Virus record (IMG/VR): IMGVR_UViG_3300032167_000006
Direction: 5' to 3' (one strand)
From: a virus
Taxonomy: Duplodnaviria; Caudoviricetes
DNA: 64,000 nucleotides
The notes below the pieces were generated by a model, which saw only the letters and a list, made by a program, of their open reading frames with translations, was not told the DNA's origin and did no database searches. The position numbers were made by a program, and so were the translations under genes. Below are positions 1-9,137 of this stretch, piece by piece. Numbering within the stretch: position 1 is the first letter of the stretch; each line of letters opens with the position of its first letter.

Positions 1-129
1 ATCATAAACAACTTGAGCCGATTCAAAACCATCAGGAATAACATCTTCATGCTCATCATCTATATGATTTATAAGATCTTTTCTTATATATCTTTCATCA
101 CAATATGGGCATTTATATTTCTTAGCCAT
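1..129 (-). CDS. Zinc-finger protein, N-terminal part only (runs off the window edge)
   Basis: Own translation from the ATG at 129: MAKKYKCPYCDERYIRKDLINHIDDEHEDVIPDGF (CxxC-x12-H-x4-H). GGAGG RBS and a GACA-N6-TA motif lie upstream. Confidence 0.75.
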   Translation of the reverse strand, partial: MAKKYKCPYCDERYIRKDLINHIDDEHEDVIPDGFESAQVVYD

Positions 130-184
130 AGTAAATACCTCCATCTTATTAATTACTAACATGTCAACCTAAAATAAAAAAATA

Positions 185-210
185 AAAGAGAGGGATTAAT
201 CCCTCTCTTT
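185..210. terminator. Hairpin terminator (GGGA-N4-TCCC family)
   Basis: AAAGAGAGGGA TTAA TCCCTCTCTTT with an A-tract on the left. Confidence 0.8.
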
Positions 211-219
211 AATCTTTAT

Positions 220-423
220 TTATAAAGTTATCACTTTGTCTCTGTTTACAAACAGATTTTCTCTTGTAAATATACATTGTTCAATTTCTTCATCTGATGA
301 ACCAAGAGCTTTATGAATTCCATTACACAGATCTGTGACTTTTTCATAATCATTAACATCAAAGTTATTAGGATCGAGATTATCAGATATTTTATTAAGT
401 TCTTCGTAATTAATATTGCTCAT
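220..423 (-). CDS. Small hypothetical protein; likely start MSNINY at 423
   Basis: AAGGGAG RBS precedes the ATG at 423; a hairpin at 185-210 follows. Confidence 0.6.
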   Translation of the reverse strand: MSNINYEELNKISDNLDPNNFDVNDYEKVTDLCNGIHKALGSSDEEIEQCIFTRENLFVNRDKVITL

Positions 424-442
424 TTTTAACTCCCTTATTATT

Positions 443-1312
443 TCATTCAATAGGGTAATCTGTATATTTAATAGAATTGCCATTGCTATCAAATTCTTCA
501 ATTGTTATTGTATTGCTTCCACGATCATAATCATATAAATAAAAATCATCGGGTCTTCTATAATAACAACCATACCCATGTCTAGTTGTAGTATGATAAA
601 TATCCCCACATTTTATAATTGAAGTAATATCATAATTATTTTTACTAGGAATAATATTTATAAAATTATCATCTTCAGGACTATTATAATTATAATACTC
701 TGTATAGATACTACAATCTTTTAAATTTGTAATAACTTTAAGTTTTAAAGTTCCATTTCTATTATAAGTATAATTAGTACGTTTTTCCTTATCTTGTTTA
801 GCTAATAGTTTTCCATTAGAGTTATATGTATATAAAACTATATTATATTCAGATTCTTTACTTACTAAACGTCCATTTTCATAAATATAATTCCATGTAT
901 TGGCGACTTTTTCTCCATTTTCAAAATATGTAAGAATTTGTTTAATCAGATTGTTCTTATCATCATATTCATATGTAAATACACCATTATCAGAATAAGA
1001 TTCATGCTTATATATTAAATTATTATTAGCATCATATTTACAAGTTATTGTAAATCCATTTGAATCTTTAGTTAATACGAGATTATTATTTTCATCATAT
1101 TCATACCATATCTCAAATGTAAAATGAGGATATGTTACTTTTGTATGTGTGATATTTTTATTTTTATCATATTCCCATATTTGAGTAAAAATTGAATTTT
1201 TACAAAAAACCAAATTATCATTATTGTCATATTGTTTTTCATAGTGCATTCCGTTAATATACATAGTATAAATTTTATTTGCACTTGTATCTATAGTGTA
1301 AGTTTTATTCAT
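443..1312 (-). CDS. YD/RHS-like beta-repeat protein
   Basis: Repeated Y(E/K)YDxNNNL(I/V) units; AAGGAG RBS. Confidence 0.7.
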   Translation of the reverse strand: MNKTYTIDTSANKIYTMYINGMHYEKQYDNNDNLVFCKNSIFTQIWEYDKNKNITHTKVTYPHFTFEIWYEYDENNNLVLTKDSNGFTITCKYDANNNLIYKHESYSDNGVFTYEYDDKNNLIKQILTYFENGEKVANTWNYIYENGRLVSKESEYNIVLYTYNSNGKLLAKQDKEKRTNYTYNRNGTLKLKVITNLKDCSIYTEYYNYNSPEDDNFINIIPSKNNYDITSIIKCGDIYHTTTRHGYGCYYRRPDDFYLYDYDRGSNTITIEEFDSNGNSIKYTDYPIE

Positions 1313-1326
1313 TTTTATTTCTCCTT

Positions 1327-1947
1327 TTATTTAGTGTATGGAACTTCTGGCTCTATAATTATTTTATCAAAATCATTATATCTAATAGGAAGTTCTCCAT
1401 CATGTTCTTCACGATACATCTCTTCAAATAAATGACCGATAAATATTTTAAGCATATACCTATTAGATCTATTAATTGCTACATGAACATCTAAACCATC
1501 GTTTTTTGTTAAATCTATAAATTTATTTAATGCTAATTTTTTATATAAACCATCTTGTCTAATAAGGTTATTTTTAACATCTGACATTATTTTGCCAATA
1601 TTATTGTTATAAGGTTTTGTAGAATCATCTATTCCTGCAAATCTTATAAATTGTGCAGCACAGTCTTTATCTTTAACGTCAAAATAAGCTAGTAACCCAG
1701 CTGCTAGATCTGGTGTGATTCCTTTAATTTGTAATAGCCATCGTCCTACCACAAATTCTTTAACATAATTTAATAATTCAATATCTATATTATGAAGAAT
1801 ATTAGATATTTCATTTCTTGAGTTCTTATAAATACTATCAACAAGTGTTGTATTATCTACATCATAACAACTATAATTTAGTTCTTCATGAGTATGCAAT
1901 AATTCATCCCTTCTTTTTAGTAATTTTTTTACTTCTGTTTTTCTCAT
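1327..1947 (-). CDS. IS110/IS116/IS902 C-terminal (Nop-like) domain protein lacking the RuvC/DEDD domain
   Basis: Motif LLQIKGITPDLAAGLLAYF...AAQFIRFAGI...YN preceded by a helical segment; only 206 aa. Confidence 0.6.
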   Translation of the reverse strand: MRKTEVKKLLKRRDELLHTHEELNYSCYDVDNTTLVDSIYKNSRNEISNILHNIDIELLNYVKEFVVGRWLLQIKGITPDLAAGLLAYFDVKDKDCAAQFIRFAGIDDSTKPYNNNIGKIMSDVKNNLIRQDGLYKKLALNKFIDLTKNDGLDVHVAINRSNRYMLKIFIGHLFEEMYREEHDGELPIRYNDFDKIIIEPEVPYTK

Positions 1948-2091
1948 AATAATAAATTTCCTTTCTTGCTACGATTTAATTTTGTATATAATTATTTTTA
2001 TTATTACACATTTATATTATACAAATATAAATGTAAATATTAACATGAACAACTTTAAAATAAATATTTAGAGAAGGAGGATAATGAATAT

Positions 2092-2472
2092 ATGGAAGCA
2101 CATGTTCTTTCCCTAAATGAATTCAATATGCCAAAAGTATTTAATGAATCAGATAGTGCTTATGTGCATATAATACAACTTATTATGCTAGAACCTGGAA
2201 AGTATCAGTCACATCCTACGATGGGTGTTGGTATTAAAAGTAGATATCGTTATAATAATGAAGAAGGATTTCTTAATAATTTAAAAACTGATATTACTAA
2301 TCAAATTAATACTTTCCTACCAGAGTTAGCAGGTGTAACTATATCGCTAACTCTTAAAGACAACATTTTGGGTATCATTATAGATACATCCACAGGTACT
2401 TACGTAGTAGCATATAATTCTATTTCTGAAACAATGGAAGCTGCTGCTACTTATGTATTAGATCAACTCTAA
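2092..2472 (+). CDS. Baseplate wedge protein, T4 gp25-like
   Basis: Size and motif LIMLEPGKYQSHPTMGVGI...I...I..FLPE; late-type promoter upstream. Confidence 0.6.
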   Translation: MEAHVLSLNEFNMPKVFNESDSAYVHIIQLIMLEPGKYQSHPTMGVGIKSRYRYNNEEGFLNNLKTDITNQINTFLPELAGVTISLTLKDNILGIIIDTSTGTYVVAYNSISETMEAAATYVLDQL

Positions 2473-2502
2473 TTATAAAATTTCACTAGGAGGACACACA
2501 AT

Positions 2503-4227
2503 ATGGCAAAAGAAATCACATTAGACGATCTTGTTAAATCAAATCAAACTAACACAACAAAGGCTAAACCTGCAGTAAGAGCAGAAGAAATTAAAGAAGA
2601 ATCAGAAGTTGCGGCTAAGAAACCAGTTGTAGATTCTTCAAATATTAAAACTGCTAAGAAAATATCAACTGCTGAGCTTGGTAAAGATCTTCAGGCTAAA
2701 AATCCAGATGCTAAACCAAAGGTGGTCGAAGAGGATGCCCCTGTAGTTGCAAACGCATTTAAAGCTATGGAAGATACTCTTGCTGAGAAAAAAAGATTCT
2801 ATGATGAAGAAGTTTTTCCTGTAATGAGAGAAAATGCAAGAGAAATGGCAATGGAAAAAGAAATGGGAGAAGATTCAGAAGAATCTACTGTTGATACAGA
2901 AACTAATAATGCCTTCTTAGATAATGACTTTTCTGATCTTGAAGATGATGAAGAAGTTGAATCTAAAGATGATGGTGTTTATGTAGCTCCTGATGTAAAT
3001 GTAGAATCTAAAATAGAAGAAGAAGTTCATGCTATTGATGAAAAAGTAGAACCTATTGTTGAAAAAACCACTGATAAGAAAACTAAGCCTGCTAAAAAAG
3101 CAGAAGCATCTGAAGAGGAAATGGATCAAAATCTTGACGATCTTATGAAAGACCTTGGTCTTGAAGAGGAAGAAGATGATGTAATCGATACAGAAGAAGA
3201 AACAACTGAAGAGCTTCGTGAACGTTTTAAAGCTTCTCTTGAAGGCGTTAAAATTACACGTAATGAAATCGATCTTACAAAATTCCAGATTTCTAAAAAT
3301 CCTATAAGCTCTACAATGGCTCTTAATGCTATTGGTACAGCTGGTAATAAGAAGAGATGTGATCATCCGCTTCTCCATAGTAAGAGAAATATGACATTTG
3401 AAGAATGTAGTGGTCCTGAACTTGATGCTCTTCGTAAAACTATTAATAACAGTAATGGTATTAATGGTGTAATTGCATCACTTCGCTTTATTTATAATCA
3501 TAATATTGATGCTAATAAAAAGAGCTTTGAAGCTTGGTGTAAATCAATTCGTACAGAGGATATTGAATCACTCTACTTTGGTATGTATAAAGCTTGTTAT
3601 GGTGATACAAACCTTATAGCTAGAGCAGATGCTGGTGATAAGGGTTGCGATAAGACATCTCTTGTTGATACTCCTATTAAGGACATGCTTAAGTTTAAAG
3701 ATGATGAAGCTCAGAAGCTTTATGATGCTCTTATGGCACAAGATTCAACCAATCCTGGCGGTAAGATTAAATCACAAACTATGGTTGTATCTGATGATAT
3801 CGTTATCTCATACAGCGATCCTACACTGTACAGCACATTTATTCAGTATGCATCTCTTGATCCTAAGACTACAGAAAAGTATTCAGATCAGCTTAACACA
3901 ATGGCATACATTGATGGATTCTTCCGCATAGATTATGAGAACAATCAGCTTATTCCGATCGCTATTAAGGAATATCCTAATAATATTAATAAAACAATTA
4001 AGTCAAAACTTAAGACATATATTGATATTCTTAAGACTCTTACAAATGACCAGTATAATGTAATGACTACAAAACTGGATAATGTTATCGGCGAGTCTAA
4101 GATTTCTTATATTTATCCTGAAACAACATGTCCTGAATGTGAAAACACAATTCCTGAAGAGCCTATTGAGTCTATGCTTAACTTGCTTTTTACAAGAGCT
4201 CAGTTGGTTCAGGTCAAGAGTTTATAA
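2503..4227 (+). CDS. Baseplate hub assembly / tail assembly chaperone (T4 gp26-like C-terminus) with long acidic N-terminal extension
   Basis: C-terminal CPEC...LLF; follows the gp25-like gene; acidic low-complexity N-terminal half. Confidence 0.55.
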   Translation: MAKEITLDDLVKSNQTNTTKAKPAVRAEEIKEESEVAAKKPVVDSSNIKTAKKISTAELGKDLQAKNPDAKPKVVEEDAPVVANAFKAMEDTLAEKKRFYDEEVFPVMRENAREMAMEKEMGEDSEESTVDTETNNAFLDNDFSDLEDDEEVESKDDGVYVAPDVNVESKIEEEVHAIDEKVEPIVEKTTDKKTKPAKKAEASEEEMDQNLDDLMKDLGLEEEEDDVIDTEEETTEELRERFKASLEGVKITRNEIDLTKFQISKNPISSTMALNAIGTAGNKKRCDHPLLHSKRNMTFEECSGPELDALRKTINNSNGINGVIASLRFIYNHNIDANKKSFEAWCKSIRTEDIESLYFGMYKACYGDTNLIARADAGDKGCDKTSLVDTPIKDMLKFKDDEAQKLYDALMAQDSTNPGGKIKSQTMVVSDDIVISYSDPTLYSTFIQYASLDPKTTEKYSDQLNTMAYIDGFFRIDYENNQLIPIAIKEYPNNINKTIKSKLKTYIDILKTLTNDQYNVMTTKLDNVIGESKISYIYPETTCPECENTIPEEPIESMLNLLFTRAQLVQVKSL

Positions 4228-4409
4228 CCAAAATAGAATCTATTGCTACATATTATAAGGGCAGAACATCGTTCATGGAATTGATGAATATGCCCTTATC
4301 ATATATAGATGCTCTTTACCGAATCGCTGAGGAACGATTGAAAACAGAAGAAGGTAAAAAACAATTAGAATCAGAAGCTTTAGAAGATGAATTGGAGGAC
4401 GCTTTATAA
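4182..4409 (+). CDS. Unannotated -1 frame ORF overlapping the end of 2503..4227; probable frameshift extension (gp51/gpT-like)
   Basis: Open 75 codons ...EFITKIESIATYYKGRTSFMELMNMPLSYIDALYRIAEERLKTEEGKKQLESEALEDELEDAL*; stop overlaps the next ATG (TAATG); T-run at 4187-4191. Confidence 0.65.
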   Translation, partial: LAFYKSSVGSGQEFITKIESIATYYKGRTSFMELMNMPLSYIDALYRIAEERLKTEEGKKQLESEALEDELEDAL

Positions 4410-4714
4410 TGGATACATTAAATTTCGTAAAAGATGTACCCGCTGAGCAACTCGCATTAATCTTTAAAGATTATTTTGAACAACACATGTTTGCATATGA
4501 TTTACTTAGAGGAATTCAATTCGGAGGTATTAATTCAGTAGATATAAATACCGCTTCTATAATGTATTCTATTAGGCTTCTTGATACTGAAGATAAAGAT
4601 TCATTAGTAAAGCATTTGAATTCTAAAGCTGGATCATTAATAATATATGGTAAACACTATGTTCCTGAGATATTTTTCAGCGGCGATTTACTGTGCATTA
4701 CAATAAAAAAATAA
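4409..4714 (+). CDS. Hypothetical protein
   Basis: GGAGG RBS; coupled to the upstream stop; followed by a hairpin. Confidence 0.7.
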   Translation: MDTLNFVKDVPAEQLALIFKDYFEQHMFAYDLLRGIQFGGINSVDINTASIMYSIRLLDTEDKDSLVKHLNSKAGSLIIYGKHYVPEIFFSGDLLCITIKK

Positions 4715-4726
4715 AAAGATAAATAT

Positions 4727-4750
4727 TCCCCAGGGATTGCTCCCTGGGGA
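4727..4750. terminator. Bidirectional hairpin between convergent genes
   Basis: TCCCCAGGGA TTGC TCCCTGGGGA. Confidence 0.8.
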
Positions 4751-4763
4751 TTTAATTTAATCT

Positions 4764-5993
4764 TTAATAATCTTTTAATATAATGCCACGTTTTATAAGT
4801 TTATCACATACATCTTTTAAAGATGTATTACCAAAATTTCTAATTTTAAGTAAATCCTCTTTTGATTTTTTACTTAATTCAGAAATTGTATTTATACCTA
4901 CATCCGTCAAAGCATTATATGACCTAACTGATATATTTAAAGATTCTATATTATCTGGATATATCATGTTATTAGAATCTAATATAATGCCATGTTTCAT
5001 AAGCTTATCACATATATCTTTTAAACCTACAGTACCAAGATTTCTAATTTTAAGTAAATCCTCTTTTGATTTTTCCTTTAATTCAGAAACTGTATTTATA
5101 TATGCACGTTTTAAACATACGTATGCTCTAGTAGATAAATTTAAACATTCTATACAATCATCGATATGTATTGTTGAATTGGTGTGTTCATTATACCCAG
5201 TTTTTATATATTCTAATCTTGCTGGATGCCTTAATAAACGTAAAGCTTTATGATGTATTTGCCCTATTCTGCCAGCGCTTTTATTAAAGCGTTTAGCCAT
5301 TGATACATTGGTTTCTTTGCATACACCTATACCATATTTATATTTGACAATAGTAATCATAAATTCATTAAAAATGCTAATTAAAACTTCAAGACATCTA
5401 AGCTCTTCATCATCAGAAAGAGTAACAGAATCCACATTATATACATCTGCCATAAGAAGTTCTAATCCATATTTTACACCATGTATTTTTCTGTTATCAT
5501 TATTATTGGAATTTGATCTTAATACAAGACCATAGTCTTTTAAATTTTCTACAATATTATCTACGCTTCTTGCACTAATACCATTAAGTTGTAGTAAATC
5601 TAGCTTTGTCTTTGTTATAAGTTCTGAAATTTTGTTAATATTATTTTTTAAAAGAATATTATAAGTACGAGTTGTTAAATTAAGATTATATATATCATCA
5701 GTATCATTTATTTTATCTAAATATAAATTTAATTTATATTTTATACGATTATACATAGAATACGTACATCCTGTTGTAGTACCAATTGTTTCTGCAATTT
5801 TTTCAAATGTTTCATTATCTTCATATTTACTCTTTATAATAAACTTTTCTTTATCATTAAGTCTAAGATAGATTAATTCTTTTAATGTATTTTCTGTTTT
5901 TTGATCTAAAATACAATTTTCGGTTCCTTGATTTTTAGTAAGATCTGCGTATAATTTTTTAACTGCGTCATGTGTAAGTTGTTCGTTTTTCAT
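4764..5993 (-). CDS. Sigma70 region 4 / RNAP alpha-CTD multi-module protein (s4-aCTD-s4-aCTD-aCTD)
   Basis: RIGQIHHKALRLLRHPAR (region 4.2); three alpha-CTD-like units, e.g. LNLSTRAYVCLKRAYINTVSEL...DLLKIRNLG. Confidence 0.85.
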   Translation of the reverse strand: MKNEQLTHDAVKKLYADLTKNQGTENCILDQKTENTLKELIYLRLNDKEKFIIKSKYEDNETFEKIAETIGTTTGCTYSMYNRIKYKLNLYLDKINDTDDIYNLNLTTRTYNILLKNNINKISELITKTKLDLLQLNGISARSVDNIVENLKDYGLVLRSNSNNNDNRKIHGVKYGLELLMADVYNVDSVTLSDDEELRCLEVLISIFNEFMITIVKYKYGIGVCKETNVSMAKRFNKSAGRIGQIHHKALRLLRHPARLEYIKTGYNEHTNSTIHIDDCIECLNLSTRAYVCLKRAYINTVSELKEKSKEDLLKIRNLGTVGLKDICDKLMKHGIILDSNNMIYPDNIESLNISVRSYNALTDVGINTISELSKKSKEDLLKIRNFGNTSLKDVCDKLIKRGIILKDY

Positions 5994-6058
5994 AATAATA
6001 GTCCTTTGTTAAAATAAGATAATTAAAAAATAATTTTTATAAACTGCTACATAATATA

Positions 6059-6562
6059 TTATTCCTCATTTAATACTATACCACGTGTCTTTAATACATC
6101 AACAATTTCTTTAATGCCTTCTTCATTCATCATTCTAACTGATCTGAGATCATCTAAAGTTTTTGTTGATAATTCTTCAATAGAATTTATTCTTGCTCTA
6201 CGTAAAACATTATAAGTGCGAACAGAAAGATCAAGATTAATAATATCACTATCATTTTTCTGTTGTTTTTCTATCTGCGCATAAAATCTAAATTTTCGAA
6301 GAGCTTTTGATTCTATTTGTCTGATTCGTTCTCTTGTCACTCCAAATATTTTAGCCGTCTCTTCTAAAGTTTTCTGTTCGAAAATTCTGTATTTGATAGT
6401 ATCAAGTTCTCTATCAGTAAATTTTCCCATTGTTTTTATAAAGCTTAATTCTTCTTCAGCTGTTACTTCGTGGTTAATATTTTCTTCTATTGCTCCATTG
6501 GTAGCAACATATAATGCCTTCATGCCTTCTTTGGTAATAGAATTTATTTTTGTATTTTCCAT
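6059..6562 (-). CDS. Sigma70 region 4 - RNAP alpha-CTD fusion protein
   Basis: KTLEETAKIFGVTRERIRQIESKALRKFR followed by LDLSVRTYNVLRRARINSIEEL. Confidence 0.88.
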   Translation of the reverse strand: MENTKINSITKEGMKALYVATNGAIEENINHEVTAEEELSFIKTMGKFTDRELDTIKYRIFEQKTLEETAKIFGVTRERIRQIESKALRKFRFYAQIEKQQKNDSDIINLDLSVRTYNVLRRARINSIEELSTKTLDDLRSVRMMNEEGIKEIVDVLKTRGIVLNEE

Positions 6563-6624
6563 TGTTGAATTTCCTTTCTTTTTTTAATAATTTTATTTTA
6601 AATAATTCAACTTCTATTCATGAT

Positions 6625-6634
6625 TATAATATAT
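6625..6634 (-). promoter_or_regulatory. Early-type promoter ATATATTATA (sigma4-alphaCTD genes)
   Basis: Motif recurs ahead of accessory and nvRNAP genes. Confidence 0.6.
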
Positions 6635-6685
6635 AATTTAATTAATAAAAAATTACATTAAAAAAATAACCCTAGGGATAATCCC

Positions 6686-7156
6686 CTAGGATTTTATATA
6701 TTTTAAATGAATATAACGTTTTAAGAATTCTATTTTTGATATGAAAGATAGTTTATTATATTTAGAAAGTTGTAATAAAGCCTGCTTTACAAAATTAACT
6801 CCAAGTATAGATACAGCATATTCATCAGCATCATATTCCATTTTAGGCGTAAATCCAAAAGAACGCATAAATACCAATTTCTTAGTAATATCTTTAACAG
6901 TATTTAAATGCTTTAGTTTTATATGCCCAATTTCATGATACAATATGAATTGCTGTACATTATTTTCTAATTGTGAAAAATTAGTATCTGTTAGTATCAA
7001 TCCTGCATTTTTTACATTACCAATAACTGGCACTGCAGCGCTAAATATAAAACCATTTTTATACATAAACTCATCGCAAAAATCTTCATAAATAAATACA
7101 TTTGTATCTATATCCTGCATAAGTATTTTCCATTTACTCATATCATTTATATCCAT
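6686..7156 (-). CDS. Zincin metallopeptidase-like protein (M48-like)
   Basis: ILYHEIGH plus downstream EYDADEYA. Confidence 0.65.
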   Translation of the reverse strand: MDINDMSKWKILMQDIDTNVFIYEDFCDEFMYKNGFIFSAAVPVIGNVKNAGLILTDTNFSQLENNVQQFILYHEIGHIKLKHLNTVKDITKKLVFMRSFGFTPKMEYDADEYAVSILGVNFVKQALLQLSKYNKLSFISKIEFLKRYIHLKYIKS

Positions 7157-7255
7157 TTTATTCCCTCTTTCATTATATATTCAATTTTATAATATACGTT
7201 TACTTATATTTACTTTTACTCGACATTTTAATAAATTGAAAAGGAGGTTAAGTAT

Positions 7256-8899
7256 ATGGACAGAAAATTTACAATAGAACAATTAGACCAAGAAAGACTT
7301 ATTAAAGTAAATGATCTTCCTAAGGTTACTAACCCTGTTATATTTAATGCTAGTAGCCCTACAGGAGATGGATTACTTAGTAATGAATTATTTGGTATAA
7401 CAAAAGAAGAAAGAGCTGGCATATATGGTTATCTTGATTTAGAGGGAACTTTCATAAATCCATTTTATTATAAAATATGGTTAAAAATAGATCGTAACCT
7501 CAGGTCATGTATTTATGAGACTCAGAACTTTGTAATTTCCAAAGAAGGCTATTTGGAACCAAATGAGAACGGAGAGACAGGACTTAAATTTTTAATTAAA
7601 AATATTGATAATATAAACTTTAAGAATACTAAAAAGGATAATTTTCTTAAAGCTCTTATGGAAGCTAAAAAAGAAAATAAGTTATTCACAAAGAAGTTTG
7701 TTATTATCCCACCATACTATAGAGATGTAGATCATAAGTCTGGTGGTAGAGTTTCTATAGGTGAAATAAACAAGCTTTATGTGAATCTTCTTAATAATAT
7801 TAGAGCTTTAAATGAAATGCAAGATTATGGTTTATCTATAGCAGGTGGTATTAGAGGAAAAATTCAAGATAATCTGCTTGAAATATATAACTGGTTTACA
7901 GTTGGTGAATCTGTTATTGGTGGAGAACATACAGGTTCTGGTATATTTAAAAAGTTTGGCGTAATACGTAGAAGTGTTATGAGTAAAACAACAGACTATT
8001 CTGTTCGTTTAGTTTTATCAGCTGCAAATATTGATGTTGATAAAAAAGAAGACTTAATGGTAGATATGAATTATTCTGCTATACCATTATCTGCATCTTG
8101 TGTAATTGCATATCCATTTATAATTTACCAATTACGTCAATTCTTTAATAATGAATTTGGTGGCAGTATTTATTTTCAATTTATAACTAAAGATGGTAAT
8201 ATAGAACAAGTTGAATTGGATAATCCTCAGATTGCTTTTTCAGATGATAGATTTGATAAAGAATTAAATGAATTTATTCATGGTTATTCTAATCGTTTTA
8301 AAAGTGTTATTGTACCTAATAAAGAAAATAAAAATATACATCTTAAATTTAAGGGATACTCAATAACAGAAGAAGAATATAATAGAGGTATTAGAGAAAA
8401 TGGTAATATGATTGAAAGAGATATAACATGGATTGATATCTTTTATATTGCTGCTGTTGCTGCAACAGAAGATAAAATGGCTATGATTTCAAGATATCCA
8501 ATTGACTCACATTTCAATCAATTATATACAAAGATTCATGTAAATTCAACTATAGAAACAGAACCTATGGTTATAAATGGCAAATTCTATAAATGGTATC
8601 CTAAAATTCGTCAAGAAGATATTGGAAAAGATACATCTAATAAATTCGTAGATACTTGTCAGATTTCTAATCCATATTGCAAAATGATGGGTGCCGACTA
8701 CGATGGTGACCAGGTTACAGTATCTATGCCATTCTCTGTGGAAGCAAATAAAGAACTTGAGAATCATTTGAATTCTACAGGTCAGTTTATAGGTCTTAAT
8801 GGTGAAAATGGTCGTAAGGCTACTAATGAAGCAATACAGGCAATGTATAATCTAACATTAGTATTACCAGGCACAAAGCTTACAAATCCAGAATTTTAA
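7256..8899 (+). CDS. Multisubunit RNA polymerase beta'-like subunit, catalytic (N-terminal) piece; probably virion RNAP
   Basis: Catalytic ADYDGDQ; also DGLLSNELFG, IIPPYYRD, KTTDYSVRLV and SRYP; late-type promoter at 7222. Confidence 0.9.
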   Translation: MDRKFTIEQLDQERLIKVNDLPKVTNPVIFNASSPTGDGLLSNELFGITKEERAGIYGYLDLEGTFINPFYYKIWLKIDRNLRSCIYETQNFVISKEGYLEPNENGETGLKFLIKNIDNINFKNTKKDNFLKALMEAKKENKLFTKKFVIIPPYYRDVDHKSGGRVSIGEINKLYVNLLNNIRALNEMQDYGLSIAGGIRGKIQDNLLEIYNWFTVGESVIGGEHTGSGIFKKFGVIRRSVMSKTTDYSVRLVLSAANIDVDKKEDLMVDMNYSAIPLSASCVIAYPFIIYQLRQFFNNEFGGSIYFQFITKDGNIEQVELDNPQIAFSDDRFDKELNEFIHGYSNRFKSVIVPNKENKNIHLKFKGYSITEEEYNRGIRENGNMIERDITWIDIFYIAAVAATEDKMAMISRYPIDSHFNQLYTKIHVNSTIETEPMVINGKFYKWYPKIRQEDIGKDTSNKFVDTCQISNPYCKMMGADYDGDQVTVSMPFSVEANKELENHLNSTGQFIGLNGENGRKATNEAIQAMYNLTLVLPGTKLTNPEF

Positions 8900-8920
8900 T
8901 AAAAAATAAAAGATAATTAA

Positions 8921-8950
8921 ATAACCCTAGGGATTACTCCCTAGGGTTAT
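8921..8950. terminator. Hairpin terminator after the RNAP gene
   Basis: ATAACCCTAGGGA TTAC TCCCTAGGGTTAT. Confidence 0.8.
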
Positions 8951-9137
8951 CCATTTGCTTATAATTGATGATTTAATTTATAGTATAGATTTGATTTCAT
9001 GCTGTTTATGAATTATCTTTCTACTCCAATAGTAAGATGATCCATTTATGTCACCACCAATCTAGCAAATGAAATGCTTGGAGCAAATAAATGCTCCAAG
9101 TTATTCATATTTATATTATACAATTATTAAATATAAC

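Noticed and set aside
1948-2091. TIGR array or bridge RNA upstream of the IS110-like gene
   Set aside because: Only about 140 nt of AT-rich sequence, occupied by two divergent promoters; no periodic repeats or strong stems.
4764-6562. Bacterial rpoA/rpoD genes indicating host contamination
   Set aside because: No alpha-NTD or sigma region 2; composition, promoter and terminator match the flanking phage genes.
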